From Bispira polyomma (lineage: Eukaryota): DNA of 64,000 bases. The stretch lies in contig OZ287753.1 in NCBI GenBank assembly GCA_965649765.1, positions 20,088,001-20,152,000 on the forward strand, read 5' to 3'. A model generated the notes under the pieces. It saw nothing but the letters and a program-made list of their open reading frames with translations. It did no database searches and was not told the origin of the DNA. A program made the position numbers and the translations under genes. How positions within the stretch are numbered: the stretch's first letter is position 1; every line of letters starts with the position of its first letter. Shown here piece after piece: positions 24,501-36,302 of this stretch.

Positions 24501-27500
24501 TGTATGTGTTTGATTACAACAATGAAGGATTGCCTGTTATTTCATCGTGGGATGTAGAAAGTGGGGAAAAGGTTCATGAGATCCTCATTGAAAAAGTCAA
24601 GAGTGAAGAGTTGAGATTCACCACCGACCTATACTTACAAGCAGAATGTTCCAAAAGTGGGAAGGAGTTGCTTGGATTCTACATACAGAGAATGGACACA
24701 ACCTATCAGAAGAAGACAAAACCAGCATGCCATTTTACTGATGTCATTGACGTAGAAAGTGGCAAAGTGAAGAAAACATATGAAAGCTATTTTTGGAAAC
24801 ATGACTATGTCAACCTACCTGTCTATCTCACTGAGAATTACATGTGTATCACCCATGGATGGAAGAAGCCTTTGATCAATTTTACAGATGACAGATTTAG
24901 TAGTTTCAACAGTCCAACTTTATTGAGTGCAGATGAGAAATTCTTTATCATGTGTGGCAAAGACAAAACTGTACTGCGTTTTTTCGAGACCAAAGAATTT
25001 ATTGCAGAATTTGATGTTCCAGAACACCAGAAAGCTGTTACTGGTTCAGATGATTTCTCTGTGATTGCAATGATGGGTGCTGAAACAAGGGACATATCTA
25101 TATTTGACCTTTCAAACAAGTTGCAAAGATCGGGTAAAGAGGGATATCAGTTACTTAAAAGTAGACATGTCTTCAAGTTAGATGAAAAAACTGCAGATTC
25201 AGTAGCTGTTGTGTTCAAACCTGTTCTAAAAACTTTAGAAGATGGAAGAATACAGGAGACAACCAGCAACCGAGTAATCATGAAGATCAGCAAAGACAAG
25301 CGGCATTTAGTGGTCACTTTTGCTGGATGGAAATGGATGGCTTATTTGTGGAATTTAAATATTGACAAATACAGCACTAAATTTGTGGGCAAGTACAGTG
25401 CTAAATTCGTTGGGCCTATTACACCTTTTAGAATGCAGCCCTCTAGTAGATATCCAGTGTTCAATCATGACAGCTCAGCCTTAGTTTATTCGATGGGGAA
25501 CCGGAAAGTGTTGATTGTTTCTGCGGATACCGTTGAAGTAATAAATGAGTACGACATGAAGCAAGATATCAAGGATATCTGTGTATCTAAAGTCTCAAAC
25601 AAAGTGGCAGTGCTGCTCCAGAAAAGTGTACTTTTGCTTGACGTCATGCGGGATGGGGAGAGTGTCATGAAAGGAAAGTCAAGGCCCACTGTCACCCAGC
25701 TTACCGAGGTGCTGCTACCTCGCGAAACCATACATGGGGTGGTGCAAAGTGAAATAATTCAGAAGACTTCCGATGAGAGTGTGGAGCTTGAAGAGGTATG
25801 CTACTATCTTGATAAATATGAATATATGCCGAATGTTACTATATTCTGATGCTTATTATCACACGGGTCAATTTCAGAAAAATCTAACAATAAGTACAAT
25901 ATTGCTGTACTATAATGCTATAATGCTAAAAATGAATACATAGTTAGAGAATACAAGAACATATTTTGCATTTGAACATTAGTTTGTTGGTAGAAATTTT
26001 AATGGGAAGAGAGATGTAAATTCTTGCTCTCACATAATTACATGATTGGTACATCCATAATACACTTATAGTATTCATTGATAGTTTCTGTAGTTCAATA
26101 ATCATAATTGAGAAAAACAATGGGACTGAACACTTAAAAAGAACCACTTTTAACACACAAATGTATGACAGCTTTACTTATTATTTTGTCGGTTATAAAA
26201 TTAAAGGGAATGTAAATATAAATTACTTTTAGTTAAAAAATGTACATAAGCGAACAAAAGATCTTGACTCATGGCATGTCCTCTAGATTGAGTATACTTA
26301 ATTTGTAAGGGTAGTGCATTATAATGTTTTTGCCATATGATTTACAGATAGAAGACCTTGCACTGGCAGCAGACACAGACAGAGTAGCATCAGCAAGCAG
26401 TAGGTCTAGTCATGCGGTGGAGAAATATTACACTCCAAATGGACTCAGAGTTCTTCACTTGCACAGAAAGGCACAGGTTATTGATACAGTACACCAAGAC
26501 ATTAAGTATTCTCCCAAAGCAGGAGAAACTATTTTGAGGAGCATTGTGTCCAAAGATGGAGCAACGGCAAACGAGGTTTTGCCCATACCTGATGTAAGTA
26601 AAAGAGTATCTAGTGGAAACAACATCTATGAAAATGATGGAGAAAATTTTGACAAAGCGATGTTGTATGGCAGGAGGCATATACCCAGCCACAAGGAGAA
26701 TTTGAAAGAAGAACTACTGAAACCAGTTTTAACTAGGAGCTTATCAAAGAATGCAATTATTTTGAGGCAAGGTGACCGGATTGTCAATGAAAACAACAAA
26801 ATCAAATTCAGAGTCACAATGGAATCTGAGGGACAGCTGCAGGTGATGGTAGTACCATCTGTGATAACAATATATACAGTTGAAGAGATGAAGTTGAACA
26901 AACTACAGAGGCTTACAATGTATCAAGACACAGTGATCCATGTTGGCAATGCTTATTTTGTGACCGCTAAAACAAATTCTTTGGGGCATTTTGTCAAGGT
27001 ATATGATCAAGTTAGAGGAAAATCTCTGGCAGTGCATGACATGCTATTTCCTTGTGAGTGTGCACGGTTTTCGGAGGATGAAGAATGCTTGTTTGTCATT
27101 GATCGTTCTCTCACTGTAAAAGTGCTTCAAGGTCCCCATTATATGGGTGTATTGAGAACATTTTCTATTATGGAGGGGGAGTTGTCTAGTGCTTTTGTTG
27201 TCAAGGATATAGGGCTGTTTCAAAATAACAAAGATGCAATATTAGTCAAATATGGCCCAGAGGGACTGGATATATTTGTGAGAAGTCGATATATTTTCTA
27301 TGATTTTATTTCAAACCAGAGATCAGAGGAAATGAACGTTTCTAGGAGATTTGAAGATGTGTCCTGCGATGGTAGATTTGGTGTCGACACTGAACTCAAA
27401 CTGTATGACCTTCAAAGTGGGAAAGTATTCGCCGAGGTAACCAGTCATAGTCAGCACATTAACTATGAAGGTATCCTTGAGAGAAGAATCAGATACACAG

Positions 27501-28477
27501 AAGCAGCTGTGGCCAATGAAATGATTGCGAGAATAAGTGATGACAACAAATATGTAGTCTACTTAAACAAGAATGAAGATACGCTGCATTTGCTTCACAT
27601 TGCTGGAAGAAAGTTACAGAGAATTGCATCTTGTTATGCGCATGCTCCAAATATCCTGCCTGAAAAAGGGTTGTCATTAAGATACAACAGTTCAGTGGCG
27701 CTACTGAAAGCCAGTAAAAGACTCATCCCCATTGCCCTTGTTCACAGCAAACGCCAAGATTATTCTTATGCGACTGAGTATGCGAGATCAAAGTCTATTC
27801 TGAGCAGAGTGTACAGGAAGGATACCGAGAGAAGTGTTCCAGTCAAGCTACCCAGCATATTTGAACAAAGGAAATTAATGTTGCAACAAGAAGATATGGT
27901 GAAACAGAAAGAAGTAGCCAAGAAACTGAGTAAATCACACAAGCCATCTCTGCTTGTTGTAGGTGAACCTATCCTTTGTTCAAATATCTTCAAGTCTGAG
28001 AAGTTTTCTCCCAATTTGCTCACCAAGAAGATGAGTGTCCAGAACGTGGACGATGCCTTTATCAAACTGAGGGCAGATACTCTTGGCTATGACGCGATCG
28101 TTTTACAGCTCATCACAGAAGATGTAACGATGTACGATGTAGCTGTCTGTGTAAAGAAAGTAAGTGTCTTGGTGGAAATGGCTCGGCGGAAAGCCAGAGT
28201 GGTCATCATCTCGTATGCTCCCGGTAGGAGTGACAGTAAAGAGCTCAGCGATAAAATCAGGGAGGTCAATGAAAAACTGGGCAAGATTTACACTTCCTCC
28301 TGTAGTGGAGGAAAACACCTGCATTTCTGTAAGAACAGCAATCTTAGCGATATCGGAGGGAAGCCCATAGCGAAGTTTTTCAAGGATGGTGTACAGCTAT
28401 CGGTTCTAGGAATAAAGAAAATCTGCAAGAATTTTAAGGAAGCATTGGCACCACTACTTGGAGTGCATCACATTTAA
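17392..28477 (+). CDS. NWD1/NWD2-like: NACHT and WD-repeat (NWD1/NWD2-like) STAND protein, paralog B; 7 coding exons, ~2466 aa
   Basis: Exons 17392-18553, 19040-19128, 19980-20096, 20997-21191, 21767-21911, 22233-25795, 26348-28477 (7401 nt). Same intron positions and phases as paralog A; Walker A GNSGCGKTS (22820-22846); Walker B LLLLDSIDQL. Confidence 0.9.
17488..18028 (+). repeat. Coding tandem repeat, 108 bp (36 aa) x ~5
   Basis: Unit (D/N)TPKVGGDTG(V/A)GKEVSE(R/H)ELEISGVETVQTKE(E/Q)LQP. Confidence 0.95.
19040..19128 (+). CDS. Paralog B exon 2
   Basis: DTKEERNALMQHVYPKLADYCREKHGLEFQ|gtaaaa, 89 nt as in A. Confidence 0.9.
19980..20096 (+). CDS. Paralog B exon 3
   Basis: IVDMRWG...VGPNFV|gtaatt, 117 nt as in A. 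Confidence 0.9.
20300..20922. mobile_element. Probable MITE in intron 3 of paralog B
   Basis: Imperfect terminal inverted repeats CCCTATTCACAAAT ... ATTTGTGAACAGGACC around an AT-rich interior; similar termini at ~45437 and 58410-58786; this intron is much longer than its counterpart in paralog A. Confidence 0.45.
20997..21191 (+). CDS. Paralog B exon 4
   Basis: AIVGDKYGYRP...LNNM|gtcagt, 195 nt as in A. Confidence 0.9.
21767..21911 (+). CDS. Paralog B exon 5
   Basis: ENAELRQIAWDEW...LFHMS G|gttagg, 145 nt as in A. Confidence 0.85.
22233..25795 (+). CDS. Paralog B exon 6 (NACHT etc.)
   Basis: ttacag|(V)TENEI...LEE|gtatgc; includes ORF 22367-25849. Confidence 0.92.
26348..28477 (+). CDS. 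Paralog B exon 7 (propeller plus SGNH-like domain)
   Basis: tttacag|IEDL... to TAA. Confidence 0.88.
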   Translation: MEDLALAADTDRVASASSRSSHAVEKYYTPNGLRVLHLHRKAQVIDTVHQDIKYSPKAGETILRSIVSKDGATANEVLPIPDVSKRVSSGNNIYENDGENFDKAMLYGRRHIPSHKENLKEELLKPVLTRSLSKNAIILRQGDRIVNENNKIKFRVTMESEGQLQVMVVPSVITIYTVEEMKLNKLQRLTMYQDTVIHVGNAYFVTAKTNSLGHFVKVYDQVRGKSLAVHDMLFPCECARFSEDEECLFVIDRSLTVKVLQGPHYMGVLRTFSIMEGELSSAFVVKDIGLFQNNKDAILVKYGPEGLDIFVRSRYIFYDFISNQRSEEMNVSRRFEDVSCDGRFGVDTELKLYDLQSGKVFAEVTSHSQHINYEGILERRIRYTEAAVANEMIARISDDNKYVVYLNKNEDTLHLLHIAGRKLQRIASCYAHAPNILPEKGLSLRYNSSVALLKASKRLIPIALVHSKRQDYSYATEYARSKSILSRVYRKDTERSVPVKLPSIFEQRKLMLQQEDMVKQKEVAKKLSKSHKPSLLVVGEPILCSNIFKSEKFSPNLLTKKMSVQNVDDAFIKLRADTLGYDAIVLQLITEDVTMYDVAVCVKKVSVLVEMARRKARVVIISYAPGRSDSKELSDKIREVNEKLGKIYTSSCSGGKHLHFCKNSNLSDIGGKPIAKFFKDGVQLSVLGIKKICKNFKEALAPLLGVHHI

Positions 28478-30827
28478 AAGTCACTTAAAAGTGCTTATAT
28501 ATACTGGAGTTCTTTGAAGGGGTTCACTAAACTTGACTGGTATTCTCGAGGACATTCTTAAGTCCTAAAAATTTGTAACAGCAAATATTAGTGGTTCGGT
28601 CAAACTGTCTTTGGCAATGCGAAACAAAGAAGCTTCTAAAGAAAGGACATTCTGAGACTCTTTATGGATAGATGTATACCAAGCCTTTTGTTGATCAAGT
28701 TGGTGCTACTTGTTTGTTTCACAATCATGAACTTGTCTTTAGTGTAGCATATTACTAATATCATAATATTATTAGATATGCATATTTTATATTAACTCTG
28801 GAAATCACTGTGTGCTAAATGGGAACCATGTATTGATATCATGTTTATGTTGATTTGATAAAACCAGTAAAATATTTTTTATAACTCTATAACTTGTTAC
28901 TTGTAAAAACTCCATCCAGAACAATAGTAAATCATTGCACTTTATGTTCAATTCTTAGCAGTTTGGGATTTCCTATTTGTAGCCATCTGACTGATGTTCA
29001 GTGACCCCGGGTGCCATTCTATAGTTTGGAACAGTACAACATATATGTTTGAAAGTTAAAGCCAACTTGCGGTTAAAATATTTATTATTTTATAAATATA
29101 TATTCTACTAAATTAACATACAGTTGACTTTTGGTTAGGGCATAATGTTACCTTAATTAAAGGTGTAATGTCACCTTAGCACGAGGTGTTAAGTTTACCT
29201 TATCTTGAGTTAAATTTTTTACTTAAACTTTGGTGAAATGCCACCTAAGCATAAGGTGCAAAAGGCTTGAGTTTTGAAGATTACTGAATCTTGTGTTCAT
29301 TTTGAGATTAAGTACAATATGAACTTGAATGAGCACATTATCTGTAAATCTCAGATTTTCAGATTAAGTCCACTGAATTTGAATGAGTACATAATGTACT
29401 CTGTAAATATCAGATGACCTTATGCCCAAAAGACAGTGATTGTTGTTTTCTGTCCATTCGATAATATTTGGTAATATTTACATTTCTAATAAAGAAAATA
29501 TTTAACTGACATATATTTAACTGACAAATGTAATATGTCAGCCTACTAATGAGAAATATATTGTAAAGTTCATATAACAAAAATATATCAGGCCCCGGAC
29601 CTGTGGCACCCAGTTGCCCAGCAGAGGGTGGTCCAGTCTCTGTGCATCTAATCCACCTGTAGGCGAAAGAGGACCTACTCCCCACCTGGTCCGGAGCCTA
29701 GGGTTTCTTTTTGTCAGAATATATCTTAAATGTTGAATTATTTACTCCACTATAATATATTAAACATCGTAGAAAACTAAAGTAAATAACCTTCTTTTAA
29801 TATTACAACTTACTTTACTATTAACACAATAAAAGTTCCACTATAAATTGGAAATTGTAGAAAAATAACTTAGTTGTATTAACATTACAAATATAATTTT
29901 TTGACATTAACACATACAGTGTAAATTATAACATACATTTGCCAACAATATGCATTACAAATATTAATCAACACTATTAATGTCACTCATGTTAATCTTA
30001 ACAATAATCAAAAATAAAAGACTATATGTCGGAAACAACGTCTTGCATCGATTGGCCACCCCAGAAAGACATGGTGTGGTATTCTTGAACAACTGAAAAT
30101 TTATTACTTGATTAGATTTCAAGTATTTTGACAATTATAGAACAGCATTCCAATAGATGTATATTGGTACACATACAGAAAATAACAGTATAAAGTATAG
30201 GATTTTCACTTACTTATGAATTCTAAGTATAACTTGAGTAAGTCCATTTTTGAGAATATCAAATCTAAGTAAAACTTTGTTAAGTAAAAAATCATGCTTA
30301 CTTACCAAAATTAACTGGAAAAAAAAAATACTTGTTCCAGAATAAAACCCCAGATCTAAAAATGACCTTCCAAACTTACACATTTGAAAGATTACTTTCT
30401 TGGGTAGTATTTTTTGTCCACGGTATTTAACTCCTGCAATAACCTCGAATACTGCATTACACAGATTTCCTAGTTAATGGTATTACCCTAGACATATTAG
30501 ACCAATTTTTTTCAATAGAACTTTTAGTGAGGAACTCAAATGTGTAGACTGATTTTAGATGGATTCTCTTTCTTGTACACATATGGACACATCAGAGCAT
30601 ATCTTGAGGTTTTTGTCAGTTTAAATAGTGTAAGAAGACCTTTGGCAAATAAGTGACCTATCGACTATAGTTCTCAGGGAAAGTTCACGCCAAATATTTA
30701 TTCGGTGAAATATTGGACATATTTTCATGATGTACGGACAGGGGACGACTTATATGTTACCTGATTAGGCCAAAACGGGACATTTAAAAAAATTTACTCT
30801 TGTCCCTGTAAAAACTATGGATTTATC

Positions 30828-30950
30828 GGCACCTATCGCTCAGTGGGTGACCACTCGCTTAGGAATGCTGATGACCTGGATTTCGATCCCAGCCTGAGGC
30901 TCATATGTAAAATTAGTTCGGGAAATAGCAGTTACTGGTGCCTGGTTGGC
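30828..30950 (+). mobile_element. tRNA-like SINE remnant
   Basis: TCGCTCAGTGG (A-box-like) and GATTTCGATCCC (B-box-like); no intact cloverleaf. Confidence 0.4.
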
Positions 30951-33900
30951 TGTGTGTTTAGACAGTCAAGAAAAGATTATCTAGGGTTTTGAATATACCT
31001 GACAAAGTTAGACAAATACCCAGAGTATATACATGCGAATACGAACGTCTGTCAATATTACAACCTATAATGCAGCAATTAACCAATAACATAGTACCCT
31101 GGACCGAGTTTTTTTTTGTCTGGATAAAGCTTTGATTAACTGACTTACGCACAGTTAAAGCATTGTCGAGGACAGAAAACTTGGTTCAATAGTACCCTTT
31201 CCATAATGTATCAGCATTTTCACCAATAAAAAAAATGGAACAAAAACCAATCTGGTGTAGTAAAAATGACCAATAATGTAAGAAATACACTTTATCAATA
31301 ATATAGTACATTATAAGTTGTAACAAACGACCCTGCCATAAATATGTGAATGCCGTGGCAATAAGGAATTGTACTGATGTACTCATGTAAGACACGTGTA
31401 CTCTACAGCCAAGTATTAATTATAACCCAATTTAAGTCCCAATGGGTGGTAGTTCTGTATTGAAACTGATGACACATGTTGTTCTTTTAAAGATATATAT
31501 AGAATATATGTTATTTTCAGCAAACATTGACTAAATGGCTTGAGAAGTTGTTTTAACGTCCCGGATGTCAACCCGAAACTGATCTGGACGGTCATTAAAG
31601 CACTCATGTCGGGCCAAGAATTGTATTACTAGCCAGATGCAGACTATATACGAAATATAAGGTGATGTTTTTGACAACATTTTTAAAGGTGGTTTATCAG
31701 CACAGTCACAGAAACAATTCAACAGCCCCACTAAGTATATTAAACTTGGTGTAGTGAATAAAATTAAGGACATGTTTTGAAGGTGAAGTTATTTATTTAT
31801 AAAATAAATTGAAAAAACAAAATAGATGAACTCGTGTTGAACATATTAATATATAAGAAAAACATATAATAGAGAATTAACTCAAATTTTCACCATTGTT
31901 AAATTTCCCTCAAGTCAACTTTGTATGACAGCTGGCACATAATTAATCATAATCGTTGTCAATTATACTCTATATATGGAGTTATAAGATTATGTCAGGG
32001 GTTGGACAAATGTTATGTTATAAGGTTAAACAAACTCTCAAATGGATATTCATAAAGACTAGCTCAGCTGAGACCGCTTTAAGACAAAATCACAACGTTC
32101 TTCAACTTTTGTCAAACTTTATAACTTTTTGGTATAAGTATCACTTTATTTCACAAGCATATATATGATATATTTTATCAACTATTACTTAGTAATGTAT
32201 TTAAAAAAAATTAGGAGACCAAACATGTTTATCTTATATTTATGACTTAGTATCTTGTAATTATGACATGTGTATCTCGTTATTACGAATCACTATTTTA
32301 TATTGACGAAATGGTATTTTTTTCAAATGGGAAACCATTTTTTTTTCTCCTTTACCTTTATGTTACTAATTGGTTTCCATGGCTATCTGCATCACAAGTA
32401 TATAATTTTAGAAAAAAAATAATAACATAGAAAACAAGACTAATTGTAAACTCTAAAAATAAAAATTATGTCAATTTTATTATGACAGCTCATGATTCAT
32501 AAATTCTGCATGTATAAATATATATATAACAAGAGAATACAGATAAGCCGATCAAAGCTCATTAAACAGTCCTTTGTTATATAAGTGACAAATATGTGGA
32601 CAATAGACAAGCCATGAAAAAATATGGGTGACACCATATCAGGTGGTATTTTATCGGAAAGAAATTTCACCTTTTTTAAAACTAACTCTGAAATTCAGTG
32701 GAATCAATTTTCACTACTGGTACTAGTATGTTTTTACCAGTTAGATTAATACATCTTGACATCTTTTACTTGTAATCCATTATCACTGTATCATTATTAG
32801 CTTAACCGAGGTGAAATTAATTTGCCAGTAATTATATTAGCAGTAATGGTTGTTTCCCTTTATTTGTATTTCTTGTGTGTATTGTGCAACCAAAAAAGCT
32901 ATCTTCGTTGTGTTTTTACATATACATGCATGTGAACGTCATCAATGCTGGATATTATGGTGTAATGAAGTGGATACTGAACCTATACTATGACCAATAA
33001 TGGCTAGGTTATGTGATACTCATTACAAAAAAATATATAGTAAGTTCAGCATGCACAGCCAAAAGCTGGCCTTTCCCAATCTAGAAAAATATGATGTGCC
33101 CGTCCCAAACATTTTATTGTCTTGAATTTCTTACCCACAAGCTTCCCAATATCTCTAAGCTAGAGATATCAGAAGAAGTAGTAAAAATATATGTGAACAC
33201 TATGGGACGGTTTTATTACGTCTGGGAGCCAGATTAATAGTCTGTGTATAGTAAACATGTTTGTAATAAAGGCATATTCTTTCCCACATTGATTTTTTTG
33301 GATTCATAAAAATCTTTAAGAGATAAAATATGTTAGAAAGCCAAGATATTGATCAAATATAATACCTAGACATGGAATATATATTTAGTTTTTTTGTTGG
33401 TTCGTTGTTTTTTTTCAAAGCATGGCTGAGTTAATATTTGGAGGAATCAGTCAACAAGAAATTGACCAAGGAAATTGAAGAATGTGCTTTTTCAGAACGT
33501 TTATCAATATAACCCTAGCTGTACTTTAGGTTAGTCCAGGTTAGTCCAGGTTTATGCTCCTCAAACCACCGTCCTTCGGCAAGTGTACTGCCAACTTTCC
33601 CATATTCTCACCAGGGTTGAGATTCCAACCCACAGTGGTGATAGAGGTGGGAGAAGGCGGCGAGTGTAGCGTGTGCAATTAGCATTACTGTACACCCCTA
33701 ATATATACTTATAACATTGTACCCGTGTAAATAGCAACTAAGCAAGATAAGATCTTTGCTTGTAATAGCATCAAGGCTACTACTCTCCAGTTGCTAAGCA
33801 AAGATCAGTGTTTATTGGAATAGACAGTGATTATATCTGTTCTGTTTTCTCAAAAGTGCATGTAGTTTTGGTGAATGCATCAGACTAGTTTATTATACAA

Positions 33901-34510
33901 TCAAATCTGTGACGCCTTAGTCGAGACTGCCATGTGTTGCTAAATAAGGGCTGGGTTTGGCTGGAGAGGTGTGGGTGTTTGTTTTTTTTTGAATAAGTTT
34001 GAGTACACAGTACACACGAGTCAGTATTGTGGCTAGGGTTGGCTAGTGTTTCCATTTATTGTAGTTAAAACAAGGATATATGACACAGAGAGGATTGGTT
34101 GAATATTGTGATTTACCCTTATTTCTGGAATATAAAATAAGTATAGTCAAAGTGACGTCATTTACAAAAAGGGGTAGTCGATTGTGACGTTTTTGTGACG
34201 TTTCATGGCGTTTCGTGATGATGTTGGGCCCTTTACTGGTAGGATATCACTGCTTACTACTAGGTGTAGCTACAGTACTGCTACTTACTGGTGTGTTCTG
34301 CTTCGTTCTGCTGCTTAGTAAAACAAATACAACGAGTGGAGACAATCTCACTACCTACTGGGACTTCCTCGCTACCTACTACTACATATAGCTACTTACT
34401 GATACATCTATGCTACTTTCGGATATGTTCGGGGACGAAACGGAAGCTGTGGCTGTAGCGTTTCAAACAGTTTGAAGCACTACACAAAAAAGACAAAACG
34501 GAGACATTTT

Positions 34511-34606
34511 GGGGACGATTTTATTTGTCGGGAAAATGTAAAGAAACGATCACAGAATGGGGACGATTTTATTTGTCGGGAAAATGTAAAGAAACGATCA
34601 CAGAAA
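34511..34606. repeat. 49-bp direct repeat x2
   Basis: GGGGACGATTTTATTTGTCGGGAAAATGTAAAGAAACGATCACAGAA twice. Confidence 0.9.
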
Positions 34607-36302
34607 GGATCCTCACTTCCTACTACGTTTCAAACCGTTTCTTAAATTCACACAACGTGACACAAACGTAGCTCTAGAACGTGTAGGTGTGACCAGGACA
34701 TAAGCAGGGGCCAAAACCTAATACTAATAGACTATTATATTGCTGTAATCACACTGTCTAAGTTCTCGCCATGTTTATACCAGTTTACTCCGACCATTGG
34801 AACATGGCTGGTCGGGAAAGAATTGGGGGGAAAAGGTTTATTTGCATTTGCATGCCCTGTTTATGCCCCGTTTAAGCCCCATTTATGCCCAGGATATGCC
34901 CAGTTTTACCAGATCACACTAATTTTTGACCAGTTCATGTCCGAATCAGATCTAAGCACTTCATCACATGTCCATGTAACATTTGCTTCAGATTACACCA
35001 AATTACACCAGTCCTGGCCTGGGCTGCACAAGTTCTAAGCAGTTTAAGCTCAGTTGACAAAGTTCTGAGCAGTTTAAGCCCCATTTATACCTGACCACAC
35101 TCCTTGACTCCAGTTCTCTCAAGATGTGCTTTCAGAGCCGACCACCCACGGAAGTTTTAAACATGTTCAAAACTACGGTTCTGCCTCCCATTCTTGCCAA
35201 TCTCACCAGTTTTTGCCCAGATGTCAAACGTTTGTTTTTAGAACGAGGTGTCTTCCTCGGGTGGTATATATATGCATCATTATTGACACATATCTTCAGA
35301 TGCCAATATACATATCTGACCCGTGCTGTTGTTACATACATGCTAGATTATTGTAGTTACAGAGTTGCTCTGGTAATCAGAAAAGTCTCCTGTTCGACTC
35401 TCTGTGATGCCATGATTACCAGAGAGTAATATCCTTAAAGGTATAAACACGCCATTGTTTGCTGATGATGACCAATGCTATGCAATAATATTGCAGTATA
35501 TAGAAGATACCTGGCACCAACTGGGCATGTTTATGTATTCATGCTATCATACCAACTCCTTTGCAGTTTGGTATCAACCAAAAACTTAACAGTGACTACA
35601 AACATGCTGCTTTTTAAATAGTCCTATTATTTGGAGCTGAAAAGGCAGTTGGCTTCTTACTGGATTCTCTCTGTAGCCTCCCCTCATTAGTAGTACCTCT
35701 GTCAAGGAGGTTATGTTTTCACCCTTGTCCATTAGTTTGTTGGTTTTGGGCGGAACCAGATGGAAGGACGGATAGAAAAAATTTACTTTTCACTTTTTGC
35801 CACTGTGGAACCTTGGTGGAGATATGCAACTCTACTTAGTGCTAAGTGCTGCCGTGTGTATCAATTATGTTCACTGTGAATATAAAGGACAAGTCTATTA
35901 CTCCAGATTAACCCTTTCCCCCCCCTAGCCGACGGCATTTATTACTCCCAGAGCCTATGTTGGTGAGCAGTCAACACCCCAAACATATGGTTTGATTTTG
36001 CTTCAGTTCCTCGCTAAAGGAAATTGCAAGTACAGCAAAATTCTTTGTTTAAAAAATTATACGAAAGGCCGTTATTGAATGCCGGAAGTTTCAGTGACTC
36101 CAGCAATATGTAACCCATTAATTTATTGAGAGTTTCTGGTTTTTATTTTCTCTCAGGGTTGAAAGGGTTACATGTCCATATTACATAGTTTGTTATATTT
36201 CTGCAGGCTGTCTTCACTCATGAGTTGAAATGGTAAAAATTAATAAAAAATTATACTTGTATTGATATTTGATAATATTAGTCATTGATATACACTTAAT
36301 AA

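Noticed and set aside
29590-29699. HDV-like ribozyme (GCTGGGCAAC on the minus strand)
   Set aside because: The nested P1/P2/P3/L3 pseudoknot could not be built; kept only as an unclassified structured element.
30958-31773. Cluster of short minus-strand ORFs that might be a decayed gene
   Set aside because: No family motif could be recognised; this would need a translated database search.
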